In this document: one piece after another, positions 31,925-41,052 of the stretch
How the letters are laid out: each line of letters opens with the position of its first letter
How positions within the stretch are numbered: position 1 is the first letter of the stretch
Assembly (NCBI GenBank): GCA_009711825.1
Contig: VEMY01000009.1
Coordinates: forward strand, 14,283 to 78,282
Origin: Bacillota bacterium
Lineage (GTDB): Bacteria > Bacillota > Proteinivoracia > UBA4975 > VEMY01
Direction: 5' to 3'
DNA: 64,000 bases
The notes under the pieces: generated by a model
What the model was told of the DNA's origin: nothing
What the model saw: the letters and a program-made list of their open reading frames with translations, nothing else
Database searches by the model: none
Made by a program: the position numbers and the translations under genes

Positions 31925-32233
31925 ATGAAGATTAAAATGGTTTTGCTCTGCGCGATGGGTATGTCCTCAAGTATGATTGTTAAGAGCATTCTCAGTGCAT
32001 CGGAGCCCCGGGGGTTGGAGATTGAACTGCCTTCTCATCCGGTTGTACATTACAAGGAGCTGGATTATAGTGATGTGGACCTGATTCTGCTAGCACCCCA
32101 GGTGCGGAACCAGAAAAGTGAAATTGAAACATATTGCGAAGGGGTACCAGTTGTTCAAATCGGTATGCGTGAGTATGGGCTAATTAAAGGCGAAGAAATT
32201 CTTGAACAGGCCTTAAAAGAGTTAAAAAAATAA
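31925..32233 (+). CDS. PTS EIIB component (lactose/cellobiose family)
   Basis: MKIKMVLLCAMGMSSSMIV active-site Cys loop. ATG at 31925 is preferred over GTG at 31916 on RBS spacing. Confidence 0.8.
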   Translation: MKIKMVLLCAMGMSSSMIVKSILSASEPRGLEIELPSHPVVHYKELDYSDVDLILLAPQVRNQKSEIETYCEGVPVVQIGMREYGLIKGEEILEQALKELKK

Positions 32234-32254
32234 TTACATCAAGAGGTGTTTGAC

Positions 32255-33262
32255 ATGAATCCATTTGTTCAGGAGATGCTTACTCAGGGTGAGGTCATGC
32301 GTGAGTGTATTAAGCAATATAATTCTGAGAATATAAATAATCAGGAAGCTCTTGATAAAATAAAGTTGTTATTTCAGTCCGATCGGTATAACCGTATAAT
32401 ATTTGCCGGAATGGGCAGTTCTTATTATGCACCTTATTCTGTCGCCGGGTATTTGACCTCACAGGGAATTCCGGCAATTGTTTCTAATGCCTACGAGTTA
32501 TGTCACCATCAATTTGAGTTGTTGTCTGAGGATACACTACTGGTGGTTGTGTCTCAATCTGGGGCATCTCCGGAAGTTGTTGAATTGATTGAAAAAGCTA
32601 AGGCGAGAACTACAGTAGTTGGGATTGTTAATCAACCAACCAGCCCAGTTGCCGCTCGAGTTGATATTTCACTCTTTATGCACTCTGGTTATGAAGCACA
32701 CATTTCCAGTAAAAGTTACTTGTGCACTTTGGTGGTGCTCCAAATGTTAGCACTACATCTAACCGGTGGAGTGAAAGCTCAGCACACTAAATTATTTGAG
32801 GAGATTGCCGATTGGGTATCCGACTACTTGGCAAGATTCACTGATGATACACCTGCATTAGGTGATTTTCTTAATGGGACAACCAGTTATGATTTTTTAG
32901 CTAGCGGTGCTGCTATGAGTTCGGCACGCCAAGCAGCCCTTATATTCCGTGAAGGGCCCTGTGTAACCGCCACAGCAGTAGAAATCTCTGATTTTTCCCA
33001 TGGCTGGGATCTTTCCGTTTCCCCCGGCTACACCGCCTTTATTTTTGACTCTGATGGGAAAAAAGACTCTATAGAGGAAAAAATGAGGAACCACATCATT
33101 GACAAGGGTGGAAAAGTTGTGTTGATTACATCTGCTTCAGTTCAGTCTACAGAATCGCTCATGGTTATCAAGCACCCTAAAGTACAGGAAGATTGGGCGC
33201 CTATGCTGCAGATTATACCTTGTAATACCATCATGGGTTGGTTAATGGGGGCTGAAAGTTAA
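32255..33262 (+). CDS. Double-SIS protein, FrlB/GlmS-isomerase-like (sugar-amine phosphate deglycase/isomerase)
   Basis: About 335 aa. IIFAGMGSSYYA and VVVSQSGASPEVVE are SIS motifs. Size matches FrlB-type proteins. Confidence 0.75.
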   Translation: MNPFVQEMLTQGEVMRECIKQYNSENINNQEALDKIKLLFQSDRYNRIIFAGMGSSYYAPYSVAGYLTSQGIPAIVSNAYELCHHQFELLSEDTLLVVVSQSGASPEVVELIEKAKARTTVVGIVNQPTSPVAARVDISLFMHSGYEAHISSKSYLCTLVVLQMLALHLTGGVKAQHTKLFEEIADWVSDYLARFTDDTPALGDFLNGTTSYDFLASGAAMSSARQAALIFREGPCVTATAVEISDFSHGWDLSVSPGYTAFIFDSDGKKDSIEEKMRNHIIDKGGKVVLITSASVQSTESLMVIKHPKVQEDWAPMLQIIPCNTIMGWLMGAES

Positions 33263-33993
33263 TGATATTTGATGCTCATAATCATATCGGATTTCGCAAA
33301 GGTCTTGAGTATCCTGTAGAAAAGCTAATAGGAGAAATGGATGCCGCTAATATAGACAGGGCTGTGGTTTTTAGTTTTCCTGAACAAATTGATAACGATT
33401 ATGTTGCTGAAAGTGTTAAGAGGTTTTCTGATAGACTAGTGGGGTTCGCTCAGGTTAACCCTTGGAGCCAAGACGCTGAGTTAGTATTAAAGCGTTGCGT
33501 AGAAGACTTGGGTCTAAAAGGCTTAAAATTACACCCTGTGAGACATGGCTATGCCTTTGACAATCACACCATATTGGATCCAATTTTTTCATTGTGTGAG
33601 AGATATTCTATACCAGTTCTTGCATATGGCGGTGCCAATGTATTGAGTAGTCCCAATATGTTCGAGGAAATGGCTCAGACGTTTCCCTCAGTTAATTTCA
33701 TTCTCGCCCACGGCGGCCAAATGTATGAAACGCGGTCTGCAATAGGTGTGGCTAAGCGCAGGCCAAATGTATATATTGAGACTTCGGCGATGTTCGCAAA
33801 TAGAGTCGAATCTTTGTATAAGGAAGTAGGGCCTGAGAAGATTGTTATGGGGACAGATAAACCATATGGTGATTTCGCAATCGAACTGGAGAAAATTCAA
33901 CTGGTGATTGCTGAGCCAGAAGTCAGAGAAAGAATTACTTGCCACAATTTGAGAAAACTGTTGGGTGAAAAGGTGATGAACTATGATTATTGA
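33262..33993 (+). CDS. Amidohydrolase-2 (TIM-barrel metal-dependent hydrolase/lactonase-like), copy 1
   Basis: 243 aa. MIFDAHNHIG metal-binding start, LKGLKLHP, ILAHGG and GTDKPYG blocks. TAATG coupling to the upstream gene. Confidence 0.7.
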   Translation: MIFDAHNHIGFRKGLEYPVEKLIGEMDAANIDRAVVFSFPEQIDNDYVAESVKRFSDRLVGFAQVNPWSQDAELVLKRCVEDLGLKGLKLHPVRHGYAFDNHTILDPIFSLCERYSIPVLAYGGANVLSSPNMFEEMAQTFPSVNFILAHGGQMYETRSAIGVAKRRPNVYIETSAMFANRVESLYKEVGPEKIVMGTDKPYGDFAIELEKIQLVIAEPEVRERITCHNLRKLLGEKVMNYDY

Positions 33994-34711
33994 TTCTCAT
34001 AACCATCTTGGTACACGAAAAGGGGAGCATTTTCCCATCGAAGAGTTGCTTAAGTGGCTTGAAAACGCAGGGGTTGATGCCTGCGTGGTCACTACTCATC
34101 CAGAGGCAATTAATAATGATTATGTGGCGGAAGCTCAAGCTAATTACTCTGACCGCATCATTGGGTTTGCGGTAGTTAATCCTTGGGATTGGGAGGCTGA
34201 AAGTGAGTTAGAACGTTGCCTAGGAACCCTTAATCTTAAAGGACTTAAGTTGAATCCTATCCGACATGGCTACGCATTAGACAGGCATCAAATTGTCGAT
34301 CCGTTATTTGCGATTTGCGAAAAATACCATGTACCTGTCCTATGTCATGGGGGTTCGGATTTGTTTACGATGCCTGGGAAATTTGCGGAGATGGCGGCCA
34401 GTTTCCCGAAAGTTCCGCTAATTCTTGCCCATATCGGCGAACCGGACGCTGTGGAAAGTGCTATACAGGTTGCCAAGCGTTATGACAATGTCTATGTTGA
34501 TACTGCTGGCATTAGGCTAGATACGTTGAAACAGGCTATCGAGCACTTGGACCCTGAGAAGATTTTAATGGGTACCGATGCATCTTGGGGTCGGTTCGAA
34601 TTGTCGATGGAGTTGGTCCGGAAAGCAACTTCAGACCAAAGAACAAGACAATTAATAATGGGTGAAAACATCGCAAAATTGTTATCTTGGCCCGTAAGTG
34701 AAAGGAGCTAA
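33983..34711 (+). CDS. Amidohydrolase-2, copy 2 (tandem paralog)
   Basis: 242 aa. MIIDSHNHLG, LKGLKLNP, ILAHIG and GTDASWG are collinear with copy 1. 11-nt overlap with copy 1. Confidence 0.7.
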   Translation: MIIDSHNHLGTRKGEHFPIEELLKWLENAGVDACVVTTHPEAINNDYVAEAQANYSDRIIGFAVVNPWDWEAESELERCLGTLNLKGLKLNPIRHGYALDRHQIVDPLFAICEKYHVPVLCHGGSDLFTMPGKFAEMAASFPKVPLILAHIGEPDAVESAIQVAKRYDNVYVDTAGIRLDTLKQAIEHLDPEKILMGTDASWGRFELSMELVRKATSDQRTRQLIMGENIAKLLSWPVSERS

Positions 34712-34714
34712 CTT

Positions 34715-35041
34715 ATGAATCTTCAGGAACTCGAAGCCGTGTGCATGGAGATGATTGCTAACGCCGGCGAAGGCAGGTCAAAGGTCTTGGAGGCTGCAGA
34801 TTGTTTTGCTGATGGAAACCCACAACGAGGCGCACAGTTATTAGAAGAAGCAGAGAAGCACATACATGATGCTCATCAAATACAGTTTTTAAAACTTTTG
34901 CAACCTCAGGCTGCGGGTGAGACAATTCCGTTTCACTTGCTTCTGATTCATGCTATGGATTTGTTGATGATGGCAATGTCAGAAAAAACATTGGTTGAGA
35001 AGATGGTTAGGATGAACAAGTCAGATACGGGGGGCTCTTAG
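34715..35041 (+). CDS. PTS EIIA component (lactose/cellobiose family)
   Basis: 108 aa helical protein. EMIANAGEGRSKVLEA...HDAHQIQ contains the conserved His context. Confidence 0.8.
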   Translation: MNLQELEAVCMEMIANAGEGRSKVLEAADCFADGNPQRGAQLLEEAEKHIHDAHQIQFLKLLQPQAAGETIPFHLLLIHAMDLLMMAMSEKTLVEKMVRMNKSDTGGS

Positions 35042-35397
35042 TGAAAATAGGAAGAAAAATTGTAGAAAAACCGTGGGGTACTGAGGAATGGATTGCGCAT
35101 AATGAATTTTACGTGTTAAGAATCCTCAATATCAAGAAAGGTGCCCGGGTTAGTCTGCAGTATCATGAGCAAAAAGTTGAGAGTCTTTATATTGATAAGG
35201 GCTCCGCCATCTATACGTTTCAACGCCCCGGAGGTGAGGTGGAGGAACGGATAATTAAGGCCGGGGATATCCTGGAGCATCGTCCGTATGAGATCCACCG
35301 TGAAGAGGCTTTGGAAGATATGAGAATCATTGAAGTCTCCACTCCAGAGATAGATGATATAATTCGGTTGGATGACGATTATGGCCGAAAATCTTAA
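35041..35397 (+). CDS. Cupin-domain protein (type II mannose-6-P-isomerase C-terminal-like)
   Basis: 118 aa. KPWGTEEW...GARVSLQYHEQKVESLYIDKGSA cupin motif. Confidence 0.65.
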   Translation: MKIGRKIVEKPWGTEEWIAHNEFYVLRILNIKKGARVSLQYHEQKVESLYIDKGSAIYTFQRPGGEVEERIIKAGDILEHRPYEIHREEALEDMRIIEVSTPEIDDIIRLDDDYGRKS

Positions 35398-35456
35398 TAT
35401 AGCTTAACGGGGTCTGAAACAGGCTCCGTTATTATTATTGAGGAAGGTGAAAATAT

Positions 35457-36578
35457 TTGAAAACTCTTAGAATAGGAATGTTAGGTTTTGGGAATATTGC
35501 AAAAGTTCATGCTCTTGCCATTGAAGCAATGCCCTATATACTTGATAACGTAAGTTATGTTCCTTCAATTAAAAAAATCTATAAACCAGGAAAGCTCAAG
35601 AACAGATGGTTGCAGTCAAAGCATGTATCCAATATAGAAGCGATTGTTGAAGATAAAAAAATTGATATTGTTGATATATGCAGTCCGAATAGCGCACACA
35701 GGCAACAGGCTTGTACAGCGATTCAAAAAGGTAAAGCAGTATACCTGGAAAAGCCATTAGGATTAAACCTTAATGAAGCCAAACAGATTACTGACGCGTT
35801 AGGTTGCTGGGGTCCAGTGTTGAATCAGGTTGCTTTTATGTACAGGTTCATGCCAGCGATGGTTGCATTGCGTGATCTTGTGCAAGATGGACAATTAGGT
35901 GAGATCTTTAACTTTCGATTTGATGCTCTGCATTCCAGCTATTTAAGCGAAGAAAGAGCTTTAGGCTGGAAGTTGAATGCAAAGGAGTCTGGGGGAGGAC
36001 CACTGCTAGATTTAGGAGTGCACCTTGCCGATTCAATTCGCTTCTGTCTCGGAGAAATAAAGACAGTATCTACTACACTAGGGACTGTTGTCAAGGAGCG
36101 TCCTTTGGCAGATGGCTCTCGTGGAACAGTGGACGTTGAGGACTGGGCATATGTCAATATGAGGTTAAGGAATGGTGCTAGGGGAATATTGAACGTTTCC
36201 CGGGTTGCCGCGCTTGCGGAAGAGCGCACGACGTTTGAGGTTTACGGAAGTCTGGGTAGCGCACTTTTCGAAATCCGGCAGCCTCGTTCGCTTCGCGTGT
36301 TCAGGCATAAAATTGGAAAAGAAGAACTAGTCGCTAACCCTGTTTATTCCGATTGGGGGGAATACCTGTCAACAATATATCCTCCCAAAAAGCTGTCCCT
36401 AGGCTGGTTGGCTGACGCACACTTCGCTAGCATGGCGAACACATTTAACAGCTTCACTGCAGGAGAGATTCTAAGAAAGGAAGCCCCTGATTTCCATGAG
36501 GCGAGAATGTCTCAAGCTGTTATAGAGGCTGCTTACACTTCTGCTGTTAGAAGTGCCCCTGTAGAGGTTAGCAATTAA
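35457..36578 (+). CDS. Gfo/Idh/MocA-family NAD(P)-dependent oxidoreductase
   Basis: 373 aa. LRIGMLGFGNIAKVH Rossmann start and the AVYLEKPL motif. Confidence 0.8.
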   Translation: MKTLRIGMLGFGNIAKVHALAIEAMPYILDNVSYVPSIKKIYKPGKLKNRWLQSKHVSNIEAIVEDKKIDIVDICSPNSAHRQQACTAIQKGKAVYLEKPLGLNLNEAKQITDALGCWGPVLNQVAFMYRFMPAMVALRDLVQDGQLGEIFNFRFDALHSSYLSEERALGWKLNAKESGGGPLLDLGVHLADSIRFCLGEIKTVSTTLGTVVKERPLADGSRGTVDVEDWAYVNMRLRNGARGILNVSRVAALAEERTTFEVYGSLGSALFEIRQPRSLRVFRHKIGKEELVANPVYSDWGEYLSTIYPPKKLSLGWLADAHFASMANTFNSFTAGEILRKEAPDFHEARMSQAVIEAAYTSAVRSAPVEVSN

Positions 36579-36694
36579 ATCTTCTTTTTGGTGTTTCACA
36601 TTGTGTTCTATCACGTTTCCTCGTCAATCCTTTAAACATAAATCCCCCAAGGCAGCGATAGCATGACCTTGCTACTGCAATGGGGGAATATTAT

Positions 36695-38077
36695 TTAGTG
36701 ACCGGGCTTATACTCCCAGACGGTACCTTCCTTGGTGTCCTTGACCACGACACCCCGCTCTGCCAACTGGTCCCTGAGCTCATCGGATTTGGCCCAGTCT
36801 TTGTTGGCCCGGGCCTGGTTCCGCTCTTCCAGCATGGCCGCCAGCTCTGCCGGTAGCTCTGCTTGCTCCTGGGCAACTTCCTGGTCCAGCTTCAGGCCTA
36901 AGATTTCATCGAAGCGGGCGATAAGGGCCCTGCTGCCCGGCTCGCCGGATTTAACCGCTTCCCAGGCGTAGGAGAGGGCCAAGGGCACGTTGAGATCATC
37001 ATTTATCGCGGCGTTAAACTTATCCAGCAGCTGCTGGTTGGGGGCAGCATTATCTTCCGGCAGCTTCTGGAACCCTTGCCGCAACCGCTTCAGCGAGACC
37101 TGGGCTGATTCGAGGATATCCCAGGTAAAGTTCAGCGGCGTGCGGTAGTGGGCGTTCAGGCAGAGGTAACGGAAGGCCAGCGGGTCATAATTTCTTTTCA
37201 CCACGTCGGTGATTGTATAGAAATTGTTTAAGCTCTTGGACATCTTGCCGCCGTCTACCTGGAGAAACTCGCCATGAAGCCAGTAGTTGACCCACTGCTT
37301 GCCGGTATAGGACTCGGTCTGGGCAATCTCGTTCTCATGGTGAATGGGAATGTGATCGATGCCGCCGGTATGGATGTCAATTTGTTTACCCAAATACTTC
37401 ATCGCCATGGCCGAGCACTCGATATGCCAGCCCGGATATCCCGGCCCCCAAGGGCTGGGCCACTGCATAATATGGGTGGGCGGCGCATCCTTCCAGAGGG
37501 CGAAGTCCGCCGGGTGCCGCTTCTTATCGTTTACTTCAATCCGGGCGCCGGCCTGGAGCTCCTCCAGGCGGTTGCCCGAGAGCTTGCCGTACTGCTCCTG
37601 TTTCTGGACATCGAAATATATCCCGTCACCTTCAATTCGGTAGGCAAAGCCCTTTTCCAGCAGGCCCTGGGTAAGCTCGATCATCTCCTGAATATGGTCG
37701 GTGGCCTTGCAGATGATGGTCGGCCGCTTGATGTTTAAATACTCGCTCTGCTGCATAAAATTCCCTGTGTAATACTCGGCCAGCTCCCAGGGAGTTTTCT
37801 TCTTTTCCCGGGCGCTTTCCACCATTTTGTCCTCGCCCTCATCGGCGTCAGACTGCAGGTGCCCCACATCGGTTATGTTCATGACATGGGTTACTTCCAG
37901 GCCATTATATTCCAGAACCCGGCGCAATAGGTCGGCAAAGACATACGAGCGCATATTTCCGATATGGGCATAATCGTAGACCGTGGGACCGCAGACATAC
38001 ATGCCCGCTTTCCCCGGAACAAGGGGCTTAAAGACCTCCTTGGAACGACTGAGGGTATTGTATAATTTCATCTCCAT
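36695..38077 (-). CDS. cysS: Cysteine--tRNA ligase
   Basis: HIGH-type motif [14 protein letters not shown] motif GKMSKSLNN, and CysRS blocks GWHIECSAM and [11 protein letters not shown] at 38077 lies 9 nt after AAGGAGG. Confidence 0.95.
   Translation of the reverse strand: MEMKLYNTLSRSKEVFKPLVPGKAGMYVCGPTVYDYAHIGNMRSYVFADLLRRVLEYNGLEVTHVMNITDVGHLQSDADEGEDKMVESAREKKKTPWELAEYYTGNFMQQSEYLNIKRPTIICKATDHIQEMIELTQGLLEKGFAYRIEGDGIYFDVQKQEQYGKLSGNRLEELQAGARIEVNDKKRHPADFALWKDAPPTHIMQWPSPWGPGYPGWHIECSAMAMKYLGKQIDIHTGGIDHIPIHHENEIAQTESYTGKQWVNYWLHGEFLQVDGGKMSKSLNNFYTITDVVKRNYDPLAFRYLCLNAHYRTPLNFTWDILESAQVSLKRLRQGFQKLPEDNAAPNQQLLDKFNAAINDDLNVPLALSYAWEAVKSGEPGSRALIARFDEILGLKLDQEVAQEQAELPAELAAMLEERNQARANKDWAKSDELRDQLAERGVVVKDTKEGTVWEYKPGH
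36702..36737 (-). repeat. Right direct repeat (authentic cysS 3' end)
   Basis: See 29503-29538. Confidence 0.8.
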
Positions 38078-38225
38078 ATGACGCATCCTCCTTAGGGCAT
38101 ATCTTATCTGTACTCAATATTTTTGGCAACAGTCACGGGCAAAAAAGGAGCGCTTATCCTTTCTTGTTCCGGACATTTTTGTTATACTCGTAAGCAACAC
38201 TCTTCTTGGTAAAGGGGGCGGAAAG

Positions 38226-40157
38226 ATGTCAAAGTATCGCCACTATTTTTATCTAGCACTCGGGCTCCTCTTAATCCTTATATATAATGAAGCTGTTTTA
38301 AGATTGGCTACCACCGGCGATTATTATTTTGCCGGGACTGCCTACCGCTTACTATTCACTATACCATATGCGCTGGTGTTTTTCCTGATTTGCACCCTGG
38401 CCACCGGCCAGCGAAACAAAATTATTCTTCCCGTCCTGTTATTAATTAACGCCTTTGTTTTTGCATCCCAGCTGATATATTTCCAGGTCTTCAAGACCTT
38501 TTACTCCGTCTACTCGGCCGGTAATGCCTCCCAGATTATCGAATTCTGGTTCGAGACCTTCATGGTTGTTGTCCGCAACACCCATTGGGTGCTGATGCTC
38601 TTTGTGCCGCCTGTACTCCTGCTAATCTTCAGGAAGCGACTGCCTTTGGTCTCGGCAGCGTCTTGGAAGCTGCGTATGCTTGTCATTTTACTGCTCGTTG
38701 TCAGCCAGGTCTTGGGCTTAACCACAGTCAACCTGGGTGACAGAGGCATCAACTCCGCTTATGATGTCTACTACCAATCCAGTTATCCGGTTGCTGCGGT
38801 CCATAACTTCGGACTGTTGACGACAATCCGCCTGGACTTACAGCGGGCAGTCATGGGCTGGACGCCGCAGATAGATGTGCCGGTGGATGCCTTCCCCGAT
38901 ACCGATCCCCAACCCGATCCCAAAAAGTATAATGTCCTCGACTTGGACTTTCAGGAGCTCTTAGAAACCGAAACCGAGGAGGAGTATAAGGAGCTGCACG
39001 AATACTTTTCCCTGGTGCCGGCCACCGAAAAGAATGAATACACCGGCATGTTCGAAGGTTATAATCTGGTCTTCATCACGGCTGAGAGTCTGGCGTCCTA
39101 CGCAGTCCACGAAGACGTGACGCCCACCCTGTACAAGCTGGTAAACGAGGGTTTCAAGTTCACCAAATTCTACAACCCGTACTGGGGCGTAAGCACCTCC
39201 GACGGCGAGTACGTGGCCACCCAGGGCTTAATCCCCCGTAGTGGCGTCTGGAGCATGCTGATGTCTGCCGATAACTACCTGCCCTTCACCATGGGCAACC
39301 AACTGCAAAAACTTGGCTACAAGACTATGGCCTACCACAACCATGACTATGACTTCTACCGGCGCCACATCTCCCATCCCAACTTGGGCTATGAGTTCAA
39401 GGCCGTCGGCATGGGGCTGGACATCACTCCTGCCTGGCCCGAGTCGGACCTGGAGATGATGGAGGAGACAATCCACGAATACATTGACCACCAACCCTTC
39501 CATGCCTATTACATGACGGTGAGCGGTCACCATCAGTATAATTTCCTTCGCAACGATATGGCGATCAAAAATCAGCACCTGGTGGAGGACCTGCCCTATT
39601 CTACCGAGGCCCAGGCCTATCTGGCCACCCAGATTGAGCTGGACAAGGCCCTGGAATACCTGTTGGATCAGCTAGAGGCAAAAGGCGTCGCTGACGAAAC
39701 CCTGATTGTCCTCAGCTCCGACCACTATCCTTATGCCCTCAGTCCGGAGGCGATGGAGGAGCTGTCCGGCCACCCGGTGGAACAACATTTTGAGATCCAC
39801 AGGAGCCCCTTGATCATCTACACCCAGGGGATGGAGTCGGAGACAATAGACAAGCCCGCATCCAGCCTGGACATCATCCCCACCATCTCCAACCTGCTGG
39901 GCCTGGACTACGACTCACGGCTGCTAATGGGCCAAGACATCTTCTCAGACGACGACCCGCTGGTGATGTTTGTCGATGGTAGCTTCATCACCGACAAGGG
40001 GAGATACAACTCCTGGACCGGCGAGTTCATCCCAAACCCGGGGGTGGAGGTAGATGAAGGTTATTTGGAGAGAATGACGATGCTGGTGCGCTCAAAGTTC
40101 CATTACTCGGCCAGGATACTGGAGACAGACTATTACCGGCATATCCTGGGGCAATAA
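38226..40157 (+). CDS. LTA-synthase-family / alkaline-phosphatase-superfamily sulfatase-domain membrane protein
   Basis: 643 aa. Five N-terminal TM helices, then an extracellular sulfatase-type domain (FITAESLASY, SSDHYPY). Confidence 0.8.
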   Translation: MSKYRHYFYLALGLLLILIYNEAVLRLATTGDYYFAGTAYRLLFTIPYALVFFLICTLATGQRNKIILPVLLLINAFVFASQLIYFQVFKTFYSVYSAGNASQIIEFWFETFMVVVRNTHWVLMLFVPPVLLLIFRKRLPLVSAASWKLRMLVILLLVVSQVLGLTTVNLGDRGINSAYDVYYQSSYPVAAVHNFGLLTTIRLDLQRAVMGWTPQIDVPVDAFPDTDPQPDPKKYNVLDLDFQELLETETEEEYKELHEYFSLVPATEKNEYTGMFEGYNLVFITAESLASYAVHEDVTPTLYKLVNEGFKFTKFYNPYWGVSTSDGEYVATQGLIPRSGVWSMLMSADNYLPFTMGNQLQKLGYKTMAYHNHDYDFYRRHISHPNLGYEFKAVGMGLDITPAWPESDLEMMEETIHEYIDHQPFHAYYMTVSGHHQYNFLRNDMAIKNQHLVEDLPYSTEAQAYLATQIELDKALEYLLDQLEAKGVADETLIVLSSDHYPYALSPEAMEELSGHPVEQHFEIHRSPLIIYTQGMESETIDKPASSLDIIPTISNLLGLDYDSRLLMGQDIFSDDDPLVMFVDGSFITDKGRYNSWTGEFIPNPGVEVDEGYLERMTMLVRSKFHYSARILETDYYRHILGQ

Positions 40158-40175
40158 TCCAATACTCAGCAGGAC

Positions 40176-40203
40176 GAAAGCCAGCCCACCCGGGCTGGCT
40201 TTC
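40176..40203. terminator. Bidirectional terminator
   Basis: GAAAGCCAGCCC-accc-GGGCTGGCTTTC. Confidence 0.75.
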
Positions 40204-40220
40204 TAGCTATCTAATTAAAT

Positions 40221-40961
40221 CTAAGCAAAAACCTGGCTTAAGCTTACCTTTAACCCTGGAAATATCACCGAGCTTGCGGCCTCATCGCCTTTGAATGCCA
40301 GGATCTTATCTATCCGTTCGTTTGTAAGCACGTAGATGTAAATCTCGGCGCTGTCCGTGTTAACTACCCAGTATTCTTGAACACCGCTTTCCATGTATAG
40401 GTCCAGCTTCTGCACCATATCTTTGCTTCTTGTGGATTCGGAGAGCACTTCCACCACCAGGGAAGGGGTTCCCCGGTACTTGCCTTTTTCATCAATTTTG
40501 TCCCGGTCACAAATGACAATTATATCGGGCTGGACCGAGTTAACCTTTTCAGAATCGCCGAGACGATGGAGTACGACATCGAAGGGTGCAGCCAGGGGCT
40601 CACAATCTTTACCCCTGAACCAGACAATAAATTCACCAAATATTTCACGGACTGCTTTCTGGTGGGGGTATAGAGGGGAAGCCAGGAGGACAATCTCTCC
40701 GTCGATGTATTCATAGCGGTTTTCACTTTCCTCCGTCATCTTCAGATACTCTTCGTAAGATACCCGGATACCTTTTGGGTTGTACCTGGGGGAGCCTTCA
40801 CTGACCGTCCAGCGTCCCAGAGTTTTGTTCTCGGTGTAGGGTAGCAGTTTAGCCAGTGGTTTGCCGTTCTTTGTGATGATGATCTCCTCAGTCTGGCAGA
40901 GCTGAAGGTATTTGCCGAAGCTGTTTTGCAAGTCTGTGGTAGTGACAATCATCTTCGCCAC
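40221..40961 (-). CDS. Fusion protein: Phd/YefM-type antitoxin-like N-terminus + Uma2 (DUF820) PD-(D/E)xK endonuclease-like domain
   Basis: The N-terminal 45 aa MAKMIVTTTDLQNSFGKYLQLCQTEEIIITKNGKPLAKLLPY are Phd/YefM-like. The rest (YEYIDGEIVLLASP..H..., PDIIVICD, PSLVVEVLSESTRSKD, KLDLYMESGVQEYWVVN) is Uma2-like. Confidence 0.7.
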   Translation of the reverse strand: MAKMIVTTTDLQNSFGKYLQLCQTEEIIITKNGKPLAKLLPYTENKTLGRWTVSEGSPRYNPKGIRVSYEEYLKMTEESENRYEYIDGEIVLLASPLYPHQKAVREIFGEFIVWFRGKDCEPLAAPFDVVLHRLGDSEKVNSVQPDIIVICDRDKIDEKGKYRGTPSLVVEVLSESTRSKDMVQKLDLYMESGVQEYWVVNTDSAEIYIYVLTNERIDKILAFKGDEAASSVIFPGLKVSLSQVFA

Positions 40962-41052
40962 CTCTTATCTTAATATTAAGACTATTGTCCCACAGTTCTT
41001 GGCTAACGTCAATTAAGTTAGCTAAAATCTTAGGCAACTTTAGTCCGATGGT

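Larger units (their letters stand above)
29539..36701. other. About 7.2-kb low-GC insertion (genomic islet) between the cysS 3' end and its remnant copy
   Basis: Bounded by direct repeats at 29503-29538 and 36702-36737. Sampled 60-nt lines inside are 32-50% G+C, versus 55-68% in the flanks. Carries a self-contained DeoR + PTS + catabolic gene set. No integrase seen. Confidence 0.55.

Noticed and set aside
38087-38225. Possible T-box leader upstream of cysS.
   Set aside because: Only about 135 nt are available, shared with a divergent promoter. I see no T-box consensus, specifier-loop architecture or terminator/antiterminator pair.
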